From an uncultured bacterium (lineage in GTDB: Bacteria; Chlamydiota; Chlamydiia; Chlamydiales; SM23-39): 64,000 nucleotides of DNA. The translations under genes and the position numbers were made by a program. The stretch covers positions 16,038 to 80,037 of the forward strand of contig CAYRJU010000004.1 in the NCBI GenBank assembly GCA_964424735.1. The letters are read 5' to 3'. Each line of letters opens with the position of its first letter. Position 1 is the stretch's first letter. The notes beneath the pieces were generated by a model. That model did not search any database and was not told the origin of the DNA. It saw nothing but the letters and a program-made list of their open reading frames with translations. Positions 37,776 through 47,465 of the stretch are shown here, one piece after another.

Positions 37776-38015
37776 ATGAATAGCAGACAAATCATTGGAT
37801 TGATCACTGGAGTGATCGTCCTGGGAATCGGAGTCTATCTCTTAAATTCCAGCTACAATTCCATGGATGGAACGAAAGAGAAGATCAAACACAAAATCAC
37901 GGGTAAACATTCAGAAGGAGTCCGAAACCATCTGAAAGCAGGAACTACCTTGATCATTCTTGGGTGCATTGTAGGAGCGGGATCCGCTTACTACTTTAGA
38001 AAAAAGCACCACTAG
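37776..38015 (+). CDS. Small two-TM membrane protein (DUF3185-like)
   Basis: AAGGAGG SD; two hydrophobic helices with a short linker. Confidence 0.6.
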   Translation: MNSRQIIGLITGVIVLGIGVYLLNSSYNSMDGTKEKIKHKITGKHSEGVRNHLKAGTTLIILGCIVGAGSAYYFRKKHH

Positions 38016-38022
38016 AGATTCT

Positions 38023-38424
38023 CTAAAGGACCAGAACAGGGATTTCCTTCGAGATGAGATCGAGAAGCCTCGCCTCTAACTCGGGGATTTTTTTGCTTTT
38101 TTTTGTAAATTGGTCGATGAGGGCTTGAGTAGACCTGAAGACCTCTTGCACTTTTTGTAGGTCGTTTCCTTGGCAGTGCTGATTGATATCAGTAAGGAAA
38201 GTGTCTTTCAAAGAGGCCAATTGGGGTCCTAAGGCAAGCGCTTGGTTGAGAGTTTCTATATATTTTTTGTGAGTTTGCAGAAATGCTTCATAATCTGCAT
38301 TTTTAGGGGAAACTCCTTCATATCTCTTGGCTTTTTCAATCTCAGTGCATTGGGTGTCGCAGAGAGCCAAATAACTTTGAATCATAGCGGCTAGTTGTTG
38401 GATTTGTGGAATAACTACACTCAT
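38023..38424 (-). CDS. Hypothetical alpha-helical protein
   Basis: 133-aa ORF with AAGGAG SD; no recognisable motif. Confidence 0.6.
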   Translation of the reverse strand: MSVVIPQIQQLAAMIQSYLALCDTQCTEIEKAKRYEGVSPKNADYEAFLQTHKKYIETLNQALALGPQLASLKDTFLTDINQHCQGNDLQKVQEVFRSTQALIDQFTKKSKKIPELEARLLDLISKEIPVLVL

Positions 38425-38473
38425 ATAACTCTCCTTATTAAAGAGTGGCAGTTATTTTATACCCATCCCCGAT

Positions 38474-39163
38474 TTATAAACTATTTATTTTACGGGCGGC
38501 GTTGGCCGCTAAATGGGCCTGCCGGGTAGGTTCTGGAAGGCGGTAGCCTTTGAGGCAGCTCGAAACGAGTTGAAGAGCAGATGCGGCATCGATCTTGTTT
38601 CCAGGGGAAACAACTAAGGGCAGAACCCTCTTTTTCGAGCGAAGGAGCACTCCAATTTCTTTGCCTTTCCAGACCAAAGGGATAGTGCTTCCCGGCTCAT
38701 CTGGCAGGGCCTCTTTGGCCTTTCCCACCAAGATAGATTTGGCAACGCCCACGGTGGGGACATCGAGCGCGACGCCGATGTGGCTGGCTACTCCCAATCC
38801 CCTCGGGTGGCTCACCCCGTGGCCATCAACCAGAATCACGTCGGGTTGAATGCTGAGTTGTCGGTAGGCCTTATAGAGGGTTGGCACTTCCCGAAACCCC
38901 AAAAAACCGGGAATGTAGGGAAATTCCTGTTTTTCTCTGCAAGTGCTCGTTTCCACTACTTTTAAGTCTGGATAAGACAGAACGACCACCGCACCAAAAA
39001 CCATCTGCTCGGGATCAAAAGGGGTGTTGCTGATATCCATTCCGGCCACGTAGCGGATGGAGGCGAGATCGAGTTTTTCAAGAGAGACTTTTTGGGCCAT
39101 CTCCCTTTGAGCAAGGGCCGCCTGTTCCAAGCTTCCGGGAAAGATCCAGCTACTGGTCACCAT
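38474..39163 (-). CDS. nfi: Endonuclease V
   Basis: AGMDIS, FPYIPGFLGFRE, VDGHG..HPRGLGVASH, VAKS, RLPEPTRQAH. Confidence 0.95.
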   Translation of the reverse strand: MVTSSWIFPGSLEQAALAQREMAQKVSLEKLDLASIRYVAGMDISNTPFDPEQMVFGAVVVLSYPDLKVVETSTCREKQEFPYIPGFLGFREVPTLYKAYRQLSIQPDVILVDGHGVSHPRGLGVASHIGVALDVPTVGVAKSILVGKAKEALPDEPGSTIPLVWKGKEIGVLLRSKKRVLPLVVSPGNKIDAASALQLVSSCLKGYRLPEPTRQAHLAANAARKINSL

Positions 39164-39722
39164 GAGTCAAACAATCCTCTAAATGATCATTCACGAGGCC
39201 GACCGCCTGCATGTAGGAATAGATGATTTTGGTCCCGACGAAAGTCATCCCCCTTTTCTTGAGATCTTTCGAAAGGGTGTCGCTTTCAAGAGATTTGCAA
39301 GGCACATCTTTGAACTGTTTTCGCGGGGTAACGATCGGTTGGTGACTCACAAATCGCCACACATAGCGATCAAAGGAGCCGAATTCTTTTTGAATCTTTA
39401 AAAAGCTTTGAGCATTTTGACGGACGCTAAACACTTTGAGACGATTGCGGATGATGGCTGGATTTTTCAAAATTTTTTCCAGTTCAAGATCGGACATTTT
39501 AGCCACTTTTTCAGGATCAAAGCCATGGAAAAGAGTTCGATAGCCCTCCCGCTTTTTGAGGATGGTCTCCCAGCTCAAGCCCGCTTGCGCGCCCTCTAAA
39601 CTCAGCATCTCAAAATGACGCACCTCGTCATGGACGGGAACTCCCCATTCTAGATCGTGGTAGGCGGCATAAAATTCTTGATTCGGTTTATTTCCAAAAC
39701 ATCTCTTCATCGTTTTTGCCAT
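39150..39722 (-). CDS. tag: DNA-3-methyladenine glycosylase I
   Basis: YHDLEWG, LEGAQAGLSW, IIRNRLK, FVGTKI.YSYMQAVG.VNDH. Confidence 0.95.
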   Translation of the reverse strand: MAKTMKRCFGNKPNQEFYAAYHDLEWGVPVHDEVRHFEMLSLEGAQAGLSWETILKKREGYRTLFHGFDPEKVAKMSDLELEKILKNPAIIRNRLKVFSVRQNAQSFLKIQKEFGSFDRYVWRFVSHQPIVTPRKQFKDVPCKSLESDTLSKDLKKRGMTFVGTKIIYSYMQAVGLVNDHLEDCLTHGDQ

Positions 39723-41509
39723 TCCAAAAGCATCTGGATATCTGTTTCTGTGATTCCCCGAACGGTTCGGATCTCCTCTTCTTTGGCTCCTTTAAGCGCT
39801 TTTACACTCCCAAATTTTTGCAAAAGTCTTTTCTTTTTGATAGGGCCAATTCCGGGCAGGGTATCGAGCTCACTCGTAAAAGTCCTTTGAGAGCGCCTTT
39901 TCCTATGAAACTCGATCGCCTGTCTATGTGCTTCATCGCGGATCTTTTGCAAGAGAAAGAGGAGGGGAGAGCGTAGGTCGATGAGGAAGGGGTCTTTGCG
40001 GTAGGGAACATAGATCTTTTCTTGGGTGAGCCCTTTGTCATGGCGAGCCTCCTCTTTGGTGAGCGCGATGACATCGACCGTAGCGATGTCCAACTCTCGA
40101 AACACTTCGAGAGCGATGCCCAGCTGGCCCTTCCCTCCATCGACGATGAGGAGATCGCAAAAGTCATTTTTCTCCTTTTCTTTAGTAAAATGGCGCATCA
40201 AAACTTGCCGCATGGCGGTGTAGTCATCGGCTTTTTCCAACCCTTTGATTTTGAAGAGTTTTTTGCGTGAGCTGTCTTTTTCTCCATTGACAAAGCAGGT
40301 AAGGCTTGCCACGGGATCGGTTCCTGCGATATTCGACGTGTCAAAACACTCAATCCTTCGGGGAAAGCGGGTGAGCTGCAGAGTCTCTTGGAGATCGAGC
40401 AGCATTTTTTCCTTGAGCGATCTCGCATCCTGTTCGCGCACAAAGAGCGCTTTGGCATTGCGCATCGCCATTTCTATGAGATCTTTTTTCTTCCCTTTTT
40501 GGGGTGTGTGTATCGATGTGTTTAAAATTTCTTCCACATCCTTTTGTTGAGGGAGATCGATCGGAATGAAAATCTCGGTGGGCAATTTGGGATGATTTTT
40601 GTAGTGTTGGAGGAGAAAGGATTCGATGATTTCGGCATCCCGAGAGGCGATGAAATGGAAGCTAAAATGCTCCGATCCGATGAGTTTGCCCTCTCTAAAA
40701 AAGAGAAGAGCGATGAGAACGGCGTCCGCTTCTCGGTGAAGGCCCACCACGTCGCAATTTTGGGCGGCTGGATTGTCGATATGCTGCACCTGGGTTACAT
40801 GTTCGATCTGGTGGATCATGGTGAGATAGTTGTCCGCTTTTTCAAATTCAAGGGCCTCGGAGGCTGCCTCCATCCGTTTTTTGAGCTCGGCGAGCACCTC
40901 TTGATCCTGACCGCGCAAAAGACGCATAGCTGCTTCTACGTGGCCCCTATATTCTTCCTCTGTACATTTATCTACACAAGGAGCGATACACCGCTTGATA
41001 TCGTGGAGAAGACAGGGCCTTTGACGAGTGGCAAGTTCGCTATCCGAGCACTGCCTTAAAGGAAACATTTTGGAGATGAGATCAAAGGTTTGTCTCGCGG
41101 CCATTGCGTTGGTGTAGGGGCCAAAGTAGATCCCATCGTTTTTGGGCTTTCCTTTGTAGCGTATGAGGCGGAGCATGGGCCATTTGTGTCTTGTGAGCAT
41201 GAGACTGACAAAGGTCTTATCGTCTTTTAAGAGAACGTTGTATTTGGGTTTGTGGAGTTTGATGAGGTTATTTTCGAGAATGAGTGCATCTTTTTCCGTG
41301 AGGGCGATGATCGTATCGATCACCTCCACCTGCGCTGTCAAATAGGGGACCATGTCTCTCTGATCGCCGCTTTCAGAAAAGTACTGTTTGAGACGGGAGC
41401 GCAAGTTCTTGGCTTTCCCCACATAGAGAACGATTCCCTGATCATTTTTCATGAGGTAGACACCGGGCTGGTCGGGGTAGAGGGTAAGGGATCGGGGGTC
41501 AAAGGACAT
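39707..41509 (-). CDS. uvrC: Excinuclease ABC subunit C
   Basis: PGVYLM, YVGKAKNLR GIY-YIG domain, IECFDTSN, DGGKGQL, RDEAHR, HhH PGIG. Confidence 0.96.
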   Translation of the reverse strand: MSFDPRSLTLYPDQPGVYLMKNDQGIVLYVGKAKNLRSRLKQYFSESGDQRDMVPYLTAQVEVIDTIIALTEKDALILENNLIKLHKPKYNVLLKDDKTFVSLMLTRHKWPMLRLIRYKGKPKNDGIYFGPYTNAMAARQTFDLISKMFPLRQCSDSELATRQRPCLLHDIKRCIAPCVDKCTEEEYRGHVEAAMRLLRGQDQEVLAELKKRMEAASEALEFEKADNYLTMIHQIEHVTQVQHIDNPAAQNCDVVGLHREADAVLIALLFFREGKLIGSEHFSFHFIASRDAEIIESFLLQHYKNHPKLPTEIFIPIDLPQQKDVEEILNTSIHTPQKGKKKDLIEMAMRNAKALFVREQDARSLKEKMLLDLQETLQLTRFPRRIECFDTSNIAGTDPVASLTCFVNGEKDSSRKKLFKIKGLEKADDYTAMRQVLMRHFTKEKEKNDFCDLLIVDGGKGQLGIALEVFRELDIATVDVIALTKEEARHDKGLTQEKIYVPYRKDPFLIDLRSPLLFLLQKIRDEAHRQAIEFHRKRRSQRTFTSELDTLPGIGPIKKKRLLQKFGSVKALKGAKEEEIRTVRGITETDIQMLLEWQKR

Positions 41510-41510
41510 A

Positions 41511-43859
41511 TTAAAAGAAGCAGAGTTGGCTATTGGGTTTTTTCTCGAGCTCTTTGAGCATCTCTTCGGCCCTCTTGATCGCTTTTTGAGGAAGTCCTGC
41601 GAGTTTGGCTACGTGAATGCCGTAGCTCTTGTCGGTGCCGCCGCGCACAATTTTTCTTAAAAAAACAATGCCTGACGCAGTCTCTTCGACAGCAGTTTGA
41701 AAATTAGCCGCATGAGAGAATTCATTTTCGAGTTTGGTCAATTCCCAATAGTGGGTGGCAAAAAGAGTTTTGGCCATTTTTCGGGGCGTTGTCAGTAAAT
41801 ATTCGGCAACGGCCCAGGCAATCGAGATGCCATCATAGGTGCTCGTTCCCCGCCCAATCTCATCGAGGAGCACGAGAGAGCGGGAGGTGGCGTTGTTCAA
41901 AATGTTGGCCGTTTCGGCCATTTCCACCATAAAGGTCGATTGTCCTCTTGCGAGATCATCGCTCGCGCCGATGCGGGAAAAGACTTTGTCGATGAGGCCA
42001 ATTTTGGCCGATGTGGCGGGAACGAAGGAGCCGACCTGAGCCAGGATGACAAGAAGCGCAACTTGCCGGATGTAGGTCGATTTCCCTGCCATATTGGGCC
42101 CCGTAATCAGCATCAGCTGCTCTTCGGGATTTAAGATCGCATCATTCGGAATGAAGGCAGATTTGCCAATCGCCCGTTCAATCACCGGATGGCGCCCTCC
42201 GAGAATTTCGATCCGATCCGATTCGTCGACCTCGGGTTTTGTCCACTGGTACTGCGTCGCGACTTTGGCAAGCGAGAGAAAAACGTCGTGTTTGGCAATC
42301 AGTTTGGCTGCCGCGTGGACTGAGGCTGCCTGTTTTGCAACCTCTTTTCTCAAATCTTCAAAAAGTTCTGCCTCAAGGGCTTTGGAGCGCTCTTCTGCCG
42401 TCAAGACCTGGTGCTCAAATTCTTTGAGCTCCTCGGTGATGAACCGCTCTGCGTTGACGAGGGTCTGTCTTCTCAAAAAGACCGGCGGGATCTTTTCGCT
42501 CTGTGCCCGACTCACCTCGATATAAAACCCAAAGGCTTTGGTGTATCCCACCTTGAGCGTTTTGATTCCCGTTTCTTCCCTCAATCGAACTTGATAATTC
42601 GCCATCCAGCTCATCGAATCTTTGCAAAGAAGCCGCAAGTGATCGAGTTCTGTATGGTACCCATCCTTAAAAATATCTCCTTCTCCAATGCGTAGAGGCG
42701 GGGACTCATTCATACAGCCCAAAATGCGATCTGCAAGTGGGCCCGCATCGAAAAGCCCTTCCAGTTGCAGCAGCTCTTTGAGTTTTGGGAGATGGGAAAG
42801 AGAAACCCCCAGAGCAAACACATCCCTCGGCGATGCATAGCAGGCCGAGATCTTCATCATGAGTCTTTCGAGATCGCGCACCTTTGATAAGAGTTCGCGC
42901 GCCTCTTTACTGCCCCCAGGACGCTCTTGATACGACTCAATGGCCTTTTGCCTTTCGGCAATCGCCGAACAGGAAAGGAGTGGGTATTGGATCCACTGTC
43001 TTAGCAGCCTTCCTCCCATCGGTGTACAGGTCTCGTCGAGGAGATCCAAAAGACTCGTGTCGATTTCCAAATTGCGCATCGTGGAGCGATCGATCGCCAA
43101 ACTCTCCGTCGCATTCAGTTGGACCGCTTGGATGGGCTCCAAGTTGAGATTGAGCGTCTCTTTGAGGTATAAGAGGAGTGAACCTGCAGCAATGATGGCA
43201 GCAGATTTGCCCCTCAGGCCAAATCCATCGAGATTTTGCACATCGAAATGGGCGCTCAAGACGTCGGTGCTGAGTTTCAGATCGAGCGCCTTTTTTTCAC
43301 TCGCCAAAAAGCCAAAAGAGAGCGACAGCTCTTTTAAAAACTCAAAAGATTTGGAGACGAGCAGCTCCCTCGGTTTTAAGCGGCACAGCTCATCGATGAG
43401 CATTTGCTCTTTTTCATATTCGCTGACCCGAAATTCAGTCGTCGTCAAATCGAGTGCCGCGAGTCCAAACTCATCTCCTACCTGAACGAGCGACACGAAA
43501 AAATTATTTTTTTTCTCGCTGAGCAGTTGCGAGCTCACCACAGTTCCCGGGGTGACGATCCGGACGATCTCTCGTCTCACGAGACCCTTTGCTACCTTTG
43601 GGTCTTCTGTCTGCTCGGCAATCGCAATCTTATACCCCTTCGCAAGCAACTTGTCGATGTAGGTTTCAGCGGTGTGGAAAGGGACCCCACACATGGGGAT
43701 GCCCTGTCTTGCCGTAAGAGTCAGACCAATTTCTTTAGAGATCACACCAGCATCTTCATGAAACGCTTCGTAGAAATCGCCCAAGCGGAAGAGTAAAAGC
43801 GCATCTTTGGCCTGCGACTTGCACGCTTGCCACTGCGACATCATCGGGGTAACAGTCAT
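41511..43859 (-). CDS. mutS: DNA mismatch repair protein MutS
   Basis: TPMM, FRLGDFYE, TGPNMAGKST, FSRIGASDDLARGQSTFMVEM, DEIGRGTS; start placed at MTVTPMM. Confidence 0.96.
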   Translation of the reverse strand: MTVTPMMSQWQACKSQAKDALLLFRLGDFYEAFHEDAGVISKEIGLTLTARQGIPMCGVPFHTAETYIDKLLAKGYKIAIAEQTEDPKVAKGLVRREIVRIVTPGTVVSSQLLSEKKNNFFVSLVQVGDEFGLAALDLTTTEFRVSEYEKEQMLIDELCRLKPRELLVSKSFEFLKELSLSFGFLASEKKALDLKLSTDVLSAHFDVQNLDGFGLRGKSAAIIAAGSLLLYLKETLNLNLEPIQAVQLNATESLAIDRSTMRNLEIDTSLLDLLDETCTPMGGRLLRQWIQYPLLSCSAIAERQKAIESYQERPGGSKEARELLSKVRDLERLMMKISACYASPRDVFALGVSLSHLPKLKELLQLEGLFDAGPLADRILGCMNESPPLRIGEGDIFKDGYHTELDHLRLLCKDSMSWMANYQVRLREETGIKTLKVGYTKAFGFYIEVSRAQSEKIPPVFLRRQTLVNAERFITEELKEFEHQVLTAEERSKALEAELFEDLRKEVAKQAASVHAAAKLIAKHDVFLSLAKVATQYQWTKPEVDESDRIEILGGRHPVIERAIGKSAFIPNDAILNPEEQLMLITGPNMAGKSTYIRQVALLVILAQVGSFVPATSAKIGLIDKVFSRIGASDDLARGQSTFMVEMAETANILNNATSRSLVLLDEIGRGTSTYDGISIAWAVAEYLLTTPRKMAKTLFATHYWELTKLENEFSHAANFQTAVEETASGIVFLRKIVRGGTDKSYGIHVAKLAGLPQKAIKRAEEMLKELEKKPNSQLCFF

Positions 43860-43946
43860 GTAGATGATGATACGAGAAGAGGGGAAATAAAATGAAGAAA
43901 ACACTTCTCGGCCGCTTCAAGCAGCCGAGAGGCTTTTTGAGACATT

Positions 43947-44273
43947 TTATAAGATGACGCACTTAGTGGATGTGGGGGACGCAGTCGGCTTGCTGAGCAA
44001 CTGTTCGGCTATTCTCTGTACAGATTTAGCTACCTCGATGCCCGCTTGAGCTGCTCGAGCCCGTCCTAATTCCGCATAGAGAGTACTGTTTTTCAAACCT
44101 TCGTATATATTTTTATAGTAGGCTATATCATTTCCTACCTGTCGGATCACTTGAGCAAGTTCGGTTCTCGGTAACGCGCTGATTTCGCTAGCCTCTGGAT
44201 GAGTATGATGCACGGACTCCTCAGAAACGTCTTGAGAATTAGAACGAAAGACATGGCTAATTTCACTTGTCAT
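43947..44273 (-). CDS. Small orphan protein ending in a CaaX box (CVIL)
   Basis: 108-aa ORF, AAGGA SD, C-terminus SPTSTKCVIL*. Confidence 0.6.
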   Translation of the reverse strand: MTSEISHVFRSNSQDVSEESVHHTHPEASEISALPRTELAQVIRQVGNDIAYYKNIYEGLKNSTLYAELGRARAAQAGIEVAKSVQRIAEQLLSKPTASPTSTKCVIL

Positions 44274-44360
44274 TGTTTTTCCTTTTGTTAAGAAGCGGAG
44301 ATTATAAACCGACGGGAAGTATTTGGCAAGAATTTCAACTTCAGGATAGGATGTTTCTCT

Positions 44361-45089
44361 ATGAAGAAATACCGAGTGACGTTTGCCACCTCTTGTTGGG
44401 AAAGAGATTGGCGCACTATTCTATTGGATCCCACCTATTTGTCTATCAGACAGATTGAAAACCATTGTTTTCCCTTTTTTGAAAGACTTCTCGTCATCAA
44501 CAATGTGGAAGATTTAAAAGCGGTTAAAAAAGCGGCGCAGGCAAAAGTCGATCAGGGCATTTTGAGTCGTTATGTGGTGGCGGGGGATATATTGCCTGCT
44601 TTTGGGCTCAAACGAGCCGATTTCAACGATTGGCAGTACTACAATGCGCTGCCGCCTCTCATGGCCATTCATGAAGCGGCGGGGGACTATCTCCTCTATT
44701 TGACGGGGGATGTTTTTCTAAAAAAGCCCGTTTCATGGATCGAAAAGGCCCTGCGGTTCATGGAAAAAAGAGAGGAAGTGAAAGTGGCCAATCTCACTTG
44801 GAACGATAACTACAAAGAGGCAAGAAAAGAGTCGTACCGGCGCACTTGGAATTTTTTTGTAGCCAAAGAGGGATTTTCAGATCAGATGTTTTTGGTCCAA
44901 ACGAAAGATTTTAAAGCGCCGATTTACAACGAGATCCGCTCTGATGGGGCCCACTATCCGCGTGGGGATGTTTTGGAAAAACGAATCTTTAGCTACATGA
45001 AAAATCGCGGGTGGGAGAGAATAGTGTATAGGCACGGTAGCTACATACACGATACACACGATGGTCACATTTTCCAGGGAAAGTCTTGA
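44361..45089 (+). CDS. Putative GT-A fold glycosyltransferase-like protein
   Basis: ERLLVINN and GDYLLYLTGDV resemble GT-A strands and the DxD region. Confidence 0.5.
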   Translation: MKKYRVTFATSCWERDWRTILLDPTYLSIRQIENHCFPFFERLLVINNVEDLKAVKKAAQAKVDQGILSRYVVAGDILPAFGLKRADFNDWQYYNALPPLMAIHEAAGDYLLYLTGDVFLKKPVSWIEKALRFMEKREEVKVANLTWNDNYKEARKESYRRTWNFFVAKEGFSDQMFLVQTKDFKAPIYNEIRSDGAHYPRGDVLEKRIFSYMKNRGWERIVYRHGSYIHDTHDGHIFQGKS

Positions 45090-46854
45090 ACTGCTCCGAT
45101 CGCGCATCGATCTCGTCGAGGTTTTGTCCCCCTATTTAAAATTGCAGAGGGCAGGTTCGGCGCACAAAGCGCTTTGCCCTTTTCACGATGAAAAAAATCC
45201 CTCTTTTGTCATCAATCGGGGGGATAGCCATTACCACTGTTTTGGATGTGGAGCGCATGGCGATGCCATCCAGTTTCTGATGACTCATCTCAAGATGAGT
45301 TTTATGGAGGCAGTGGAGAATTTGGCCGACCGGTTCCATGTCCAACTCGAAGAGATCAAAGGGGATCAGCAACCCAAAGGGCCTTCCAAAGCTCTTCTCA
45401 AAGATGCACTCGAAAGGGCTTGCCAGTTTTACCAGTTTTATCTGCTCCACACTCTGGAAGGACACGGCGCGCTGGACTATCTCTATAGCCGCGGCATTAC
45501 GCTTGATTTCATCCAGCAGTTTCAGTTGGGCCTTGCTCCCAAGCAGCCGAATCTCTTCTTGAGGGCGATGTGGGAGCAAAAGATTTCGAATCAGATCTTG
45601 GAGGAGGTGGGTCTTCTTTCAAAAAGTAGGGAATTTTTTTCCGACCGGATCACGATCCCCATTCGGGATGCGCAAGGATCGGTCATCGGTTTTTCTGCGA
45701 GGAAATACAAGACCGATACGTTTGGGGGAAAGTATGTCAATAGTCCAGAGACTCCGCTCTTCAAAAAGTCCAAAATTCTCTTCGGTCTTAGTTTTTCGAG
45801 GAAGACGATTGCCAAAAGTCGCAAAGCGCTCATCGTCGAAGGGCAGATCGATGCGCTTCGGCTCATCTACTCGGGATTTGACTGGACGGTTGCAGGGCAG
45901 GGGACCGCTTTTGGAGAAGAGCAGGCCAAAGAGCTCATCCAGCTGGGAGTTCGCCAAGTCTACTTGGGGCTCGATGGGGATACGGCTGGACAAGAAGCGG
46001 CTGTCAAGATCGGCCATCTCTTCCAAAAAGAGGGAATCGAGGTGTTTGTTCTCAAATTGCCCGACAAGTGCGATCCCGATCTTCTTCTCCAAGAAAAAGG
46101 GCCCGCAGAGTGGCAAAAACTCATAGATAAATCCTCCGATTACCTCACTTTTTTAGTCGAGCATCTTTCAAAGACGATCAATGTCCAATCGCCTGCTGGA
46201 AAAAATGAGCTCGTCCAAACGATTGCCAAGAGGGTGCGAGACTGGGACCATCCGCTCATGGTGCACGAATCGCTCCGTAAACTCGCGCGTCTCACTCAAA
46301 CCCCCGAATCAATCATCGGTGCTCCCGAACAAAATGTCCCCCAAGTCTATATCAAGAGATCGGCGAGCGTCGCTTTTTCCGAGATCGATCCCGATCGGAT
46401 TTTGGAGGCCGATCTCTTGCGCTGGCTCTTTCTCATGGGAGAGAGTTGTCCCAACCTCATCGCCATTGCCAAGGCCAATTTGACCCCCGAGCATTTTCGG
46501 GTCTCTGCAGGGAAAAGCCTCTATGAAAAATACCTCGCGGCGACCCAAGAAAATAAACCTCGGGATCTCCTCTCTTTAGCCATCGATTTAGAACAGGCCG
46601 AGCACCAGCTCTTCATGGCTGAAATCCTTCAAAAACGGGTCAATCGGGATAGGGCCACTCCCTGCTTTATCGAGACAGTGCAGCGCATTCTCGAGCGGCA
46701 CTGGATGTATCAAAGAGAGGAGATCAAGTTGAAAATTTTCAGCGGCACCTGTAGTGAAGAGGAGGTGCTAGAACTGGCCCGCAAATTCGATGAGATCAAG
46801 AAAAAACGGCCCGAGGCCACACTGCCAGAAGGAGGGATATGTACGAGCACCTGA
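45061..46854 (+). CDS. dnaG: DNA primase
   Basis: CPFHDEKNPSF, HCFGCG zinc finger, KYVNSPET, IVEGQID, LDGDTAG Toprim, DPD. Confidence 0.97.
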   Translation: MVTFSRESLELLRSRIDLVEVLSPYLKLQRAGSAHKALCPFHDEKNPSFVINRGDSHYHCFGCGAHGDAIQFLMTHLKMSFMEAVENLADRFHVQLEEIKGDQQPKGPSKALLKDALERACQFYQFYLLHTLEGHGALDYLYSRGITLDFIQQFQLGLAPKQPNLFLRAMWEQKISNQILEEVGLLSKSREFFSDRITIPIRDAQGSVIGFSARKYKTDTFGGKYVNSPETPLFKKSKILFGLSFSRKTIAKSRKALIVEGQIDALRLIYSGFDWTVAGQGTAFGEEQAKELIQLGVRQVYLGLDGDTAGQEAAVKIGHLFQKEGIEVFVLKLPDKCDPDLLLQEKGPAEWQKLIDKSSDYLTFLVEHLSKTINVQSPAGKNELVQTIAKRVRDWDHPLMVHESLRKLARLTQTPESIIGAPEQNVPQVYIKRSASVAFSEIDPDRILEADLLRWLFLMGESCPNLIAIAKANLTPEHFRVSAGKSLYEKYLAATQENKPRDLLSLAIDLEQAEHQLFMAEILQKRVNRDRATPCFIETVQRILERHWMYQREEIKLKIFSGTCSEEEVLELARKFDEIKKKRPEATLPEGGICTST

Positions 46855-47237
46855 TTTTCTTCGATGGAGAATGTCCTTTTTGCCACCGTTCTGTTCGCCA
46901 CATCATCGACATCGATGTGCATAAACACTTTCTCTTTGCCCCCCTCAATGGAGAGACGGCCCGGGCAATTCTAGTCGGCCCCCAAGCTGTCCTCAAAAAG
47001 GCCAACAGCCTCGTCCTCGTGGAAAATTACCAATCTACCGACCGGAAATTTTGGATTGAATCGAGAGCCGTTTTACGTATCTATTGGCTCGTCGGAGGGT
47101 GGGGCCTCATCGGCATCTTTTCGTTTTTGCCTGGCTTCATCGGCGATTTTATCTATCGCTGGGTGGCGGCCCACCGGCATCAGTTCAAACTCCGTATTCC
47201 CGATCAGCCCGGTCCCAAAGATCGTTTTTTGCCCTAG
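46839..47237 (+). CDS. DCC1-like thiol-disulfide oxidoreductase (DUF393)
   Basis: FFDGECPFC, YRWVAAHRH. Confidence 0.9.
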   Translation: MYEHLIFFDGECPFCHRSVRHIIDIDVHKHFLFAPLNGETARAILVGPQAVLKKANSLVLVENYQSTDRKFWIESRAVLRIYWLVGGWGLIGIFSFLPGFIGDFIYRWVAAHRHQFKLRIPDQPGPKDRFLP

Positions 47238-47385
47238 AGGATGTTTGCAAATTCAGAAGGAACAGGATTTGCAGGATCGTAAACGGCAGGATAAGAAGGA
47301 TCATACACTCTCTTAAATTTTTTCCTGTACATCCTGCCACTTGTGATCCTGCAAATCCTGTTCCTTCTGAATTTGCAACACCTTC
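47237..47385. mobile_element. Composite MITE-like palindrome, 149 bp
   Basis: 34-bp perfect IR at 47245-47278 and 47345-47378; ends GAGGATGTTTGCAAATTC / GAATTTGCAACACCTTC; flanked by CTA and TTA; core shared with 9227-9355. Confidence 0.8.
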
Positions 47386-47465
47386 TTAGTCTTAATAGAT
47401 TTGTTGTGTTTTTTGTTTGATCTTTGCTAAAATATTTTGATCAAAATACCGGATGGATTTTAAGT

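Noticed and set aside
38013-38025. TAGAGA-T-TCTCTA mini-palindrome joining two convergent stops as a MITE excision scar
   Set aside because: Only 6-bp arms, half supplied by the stop codons; chance cannot be excluded
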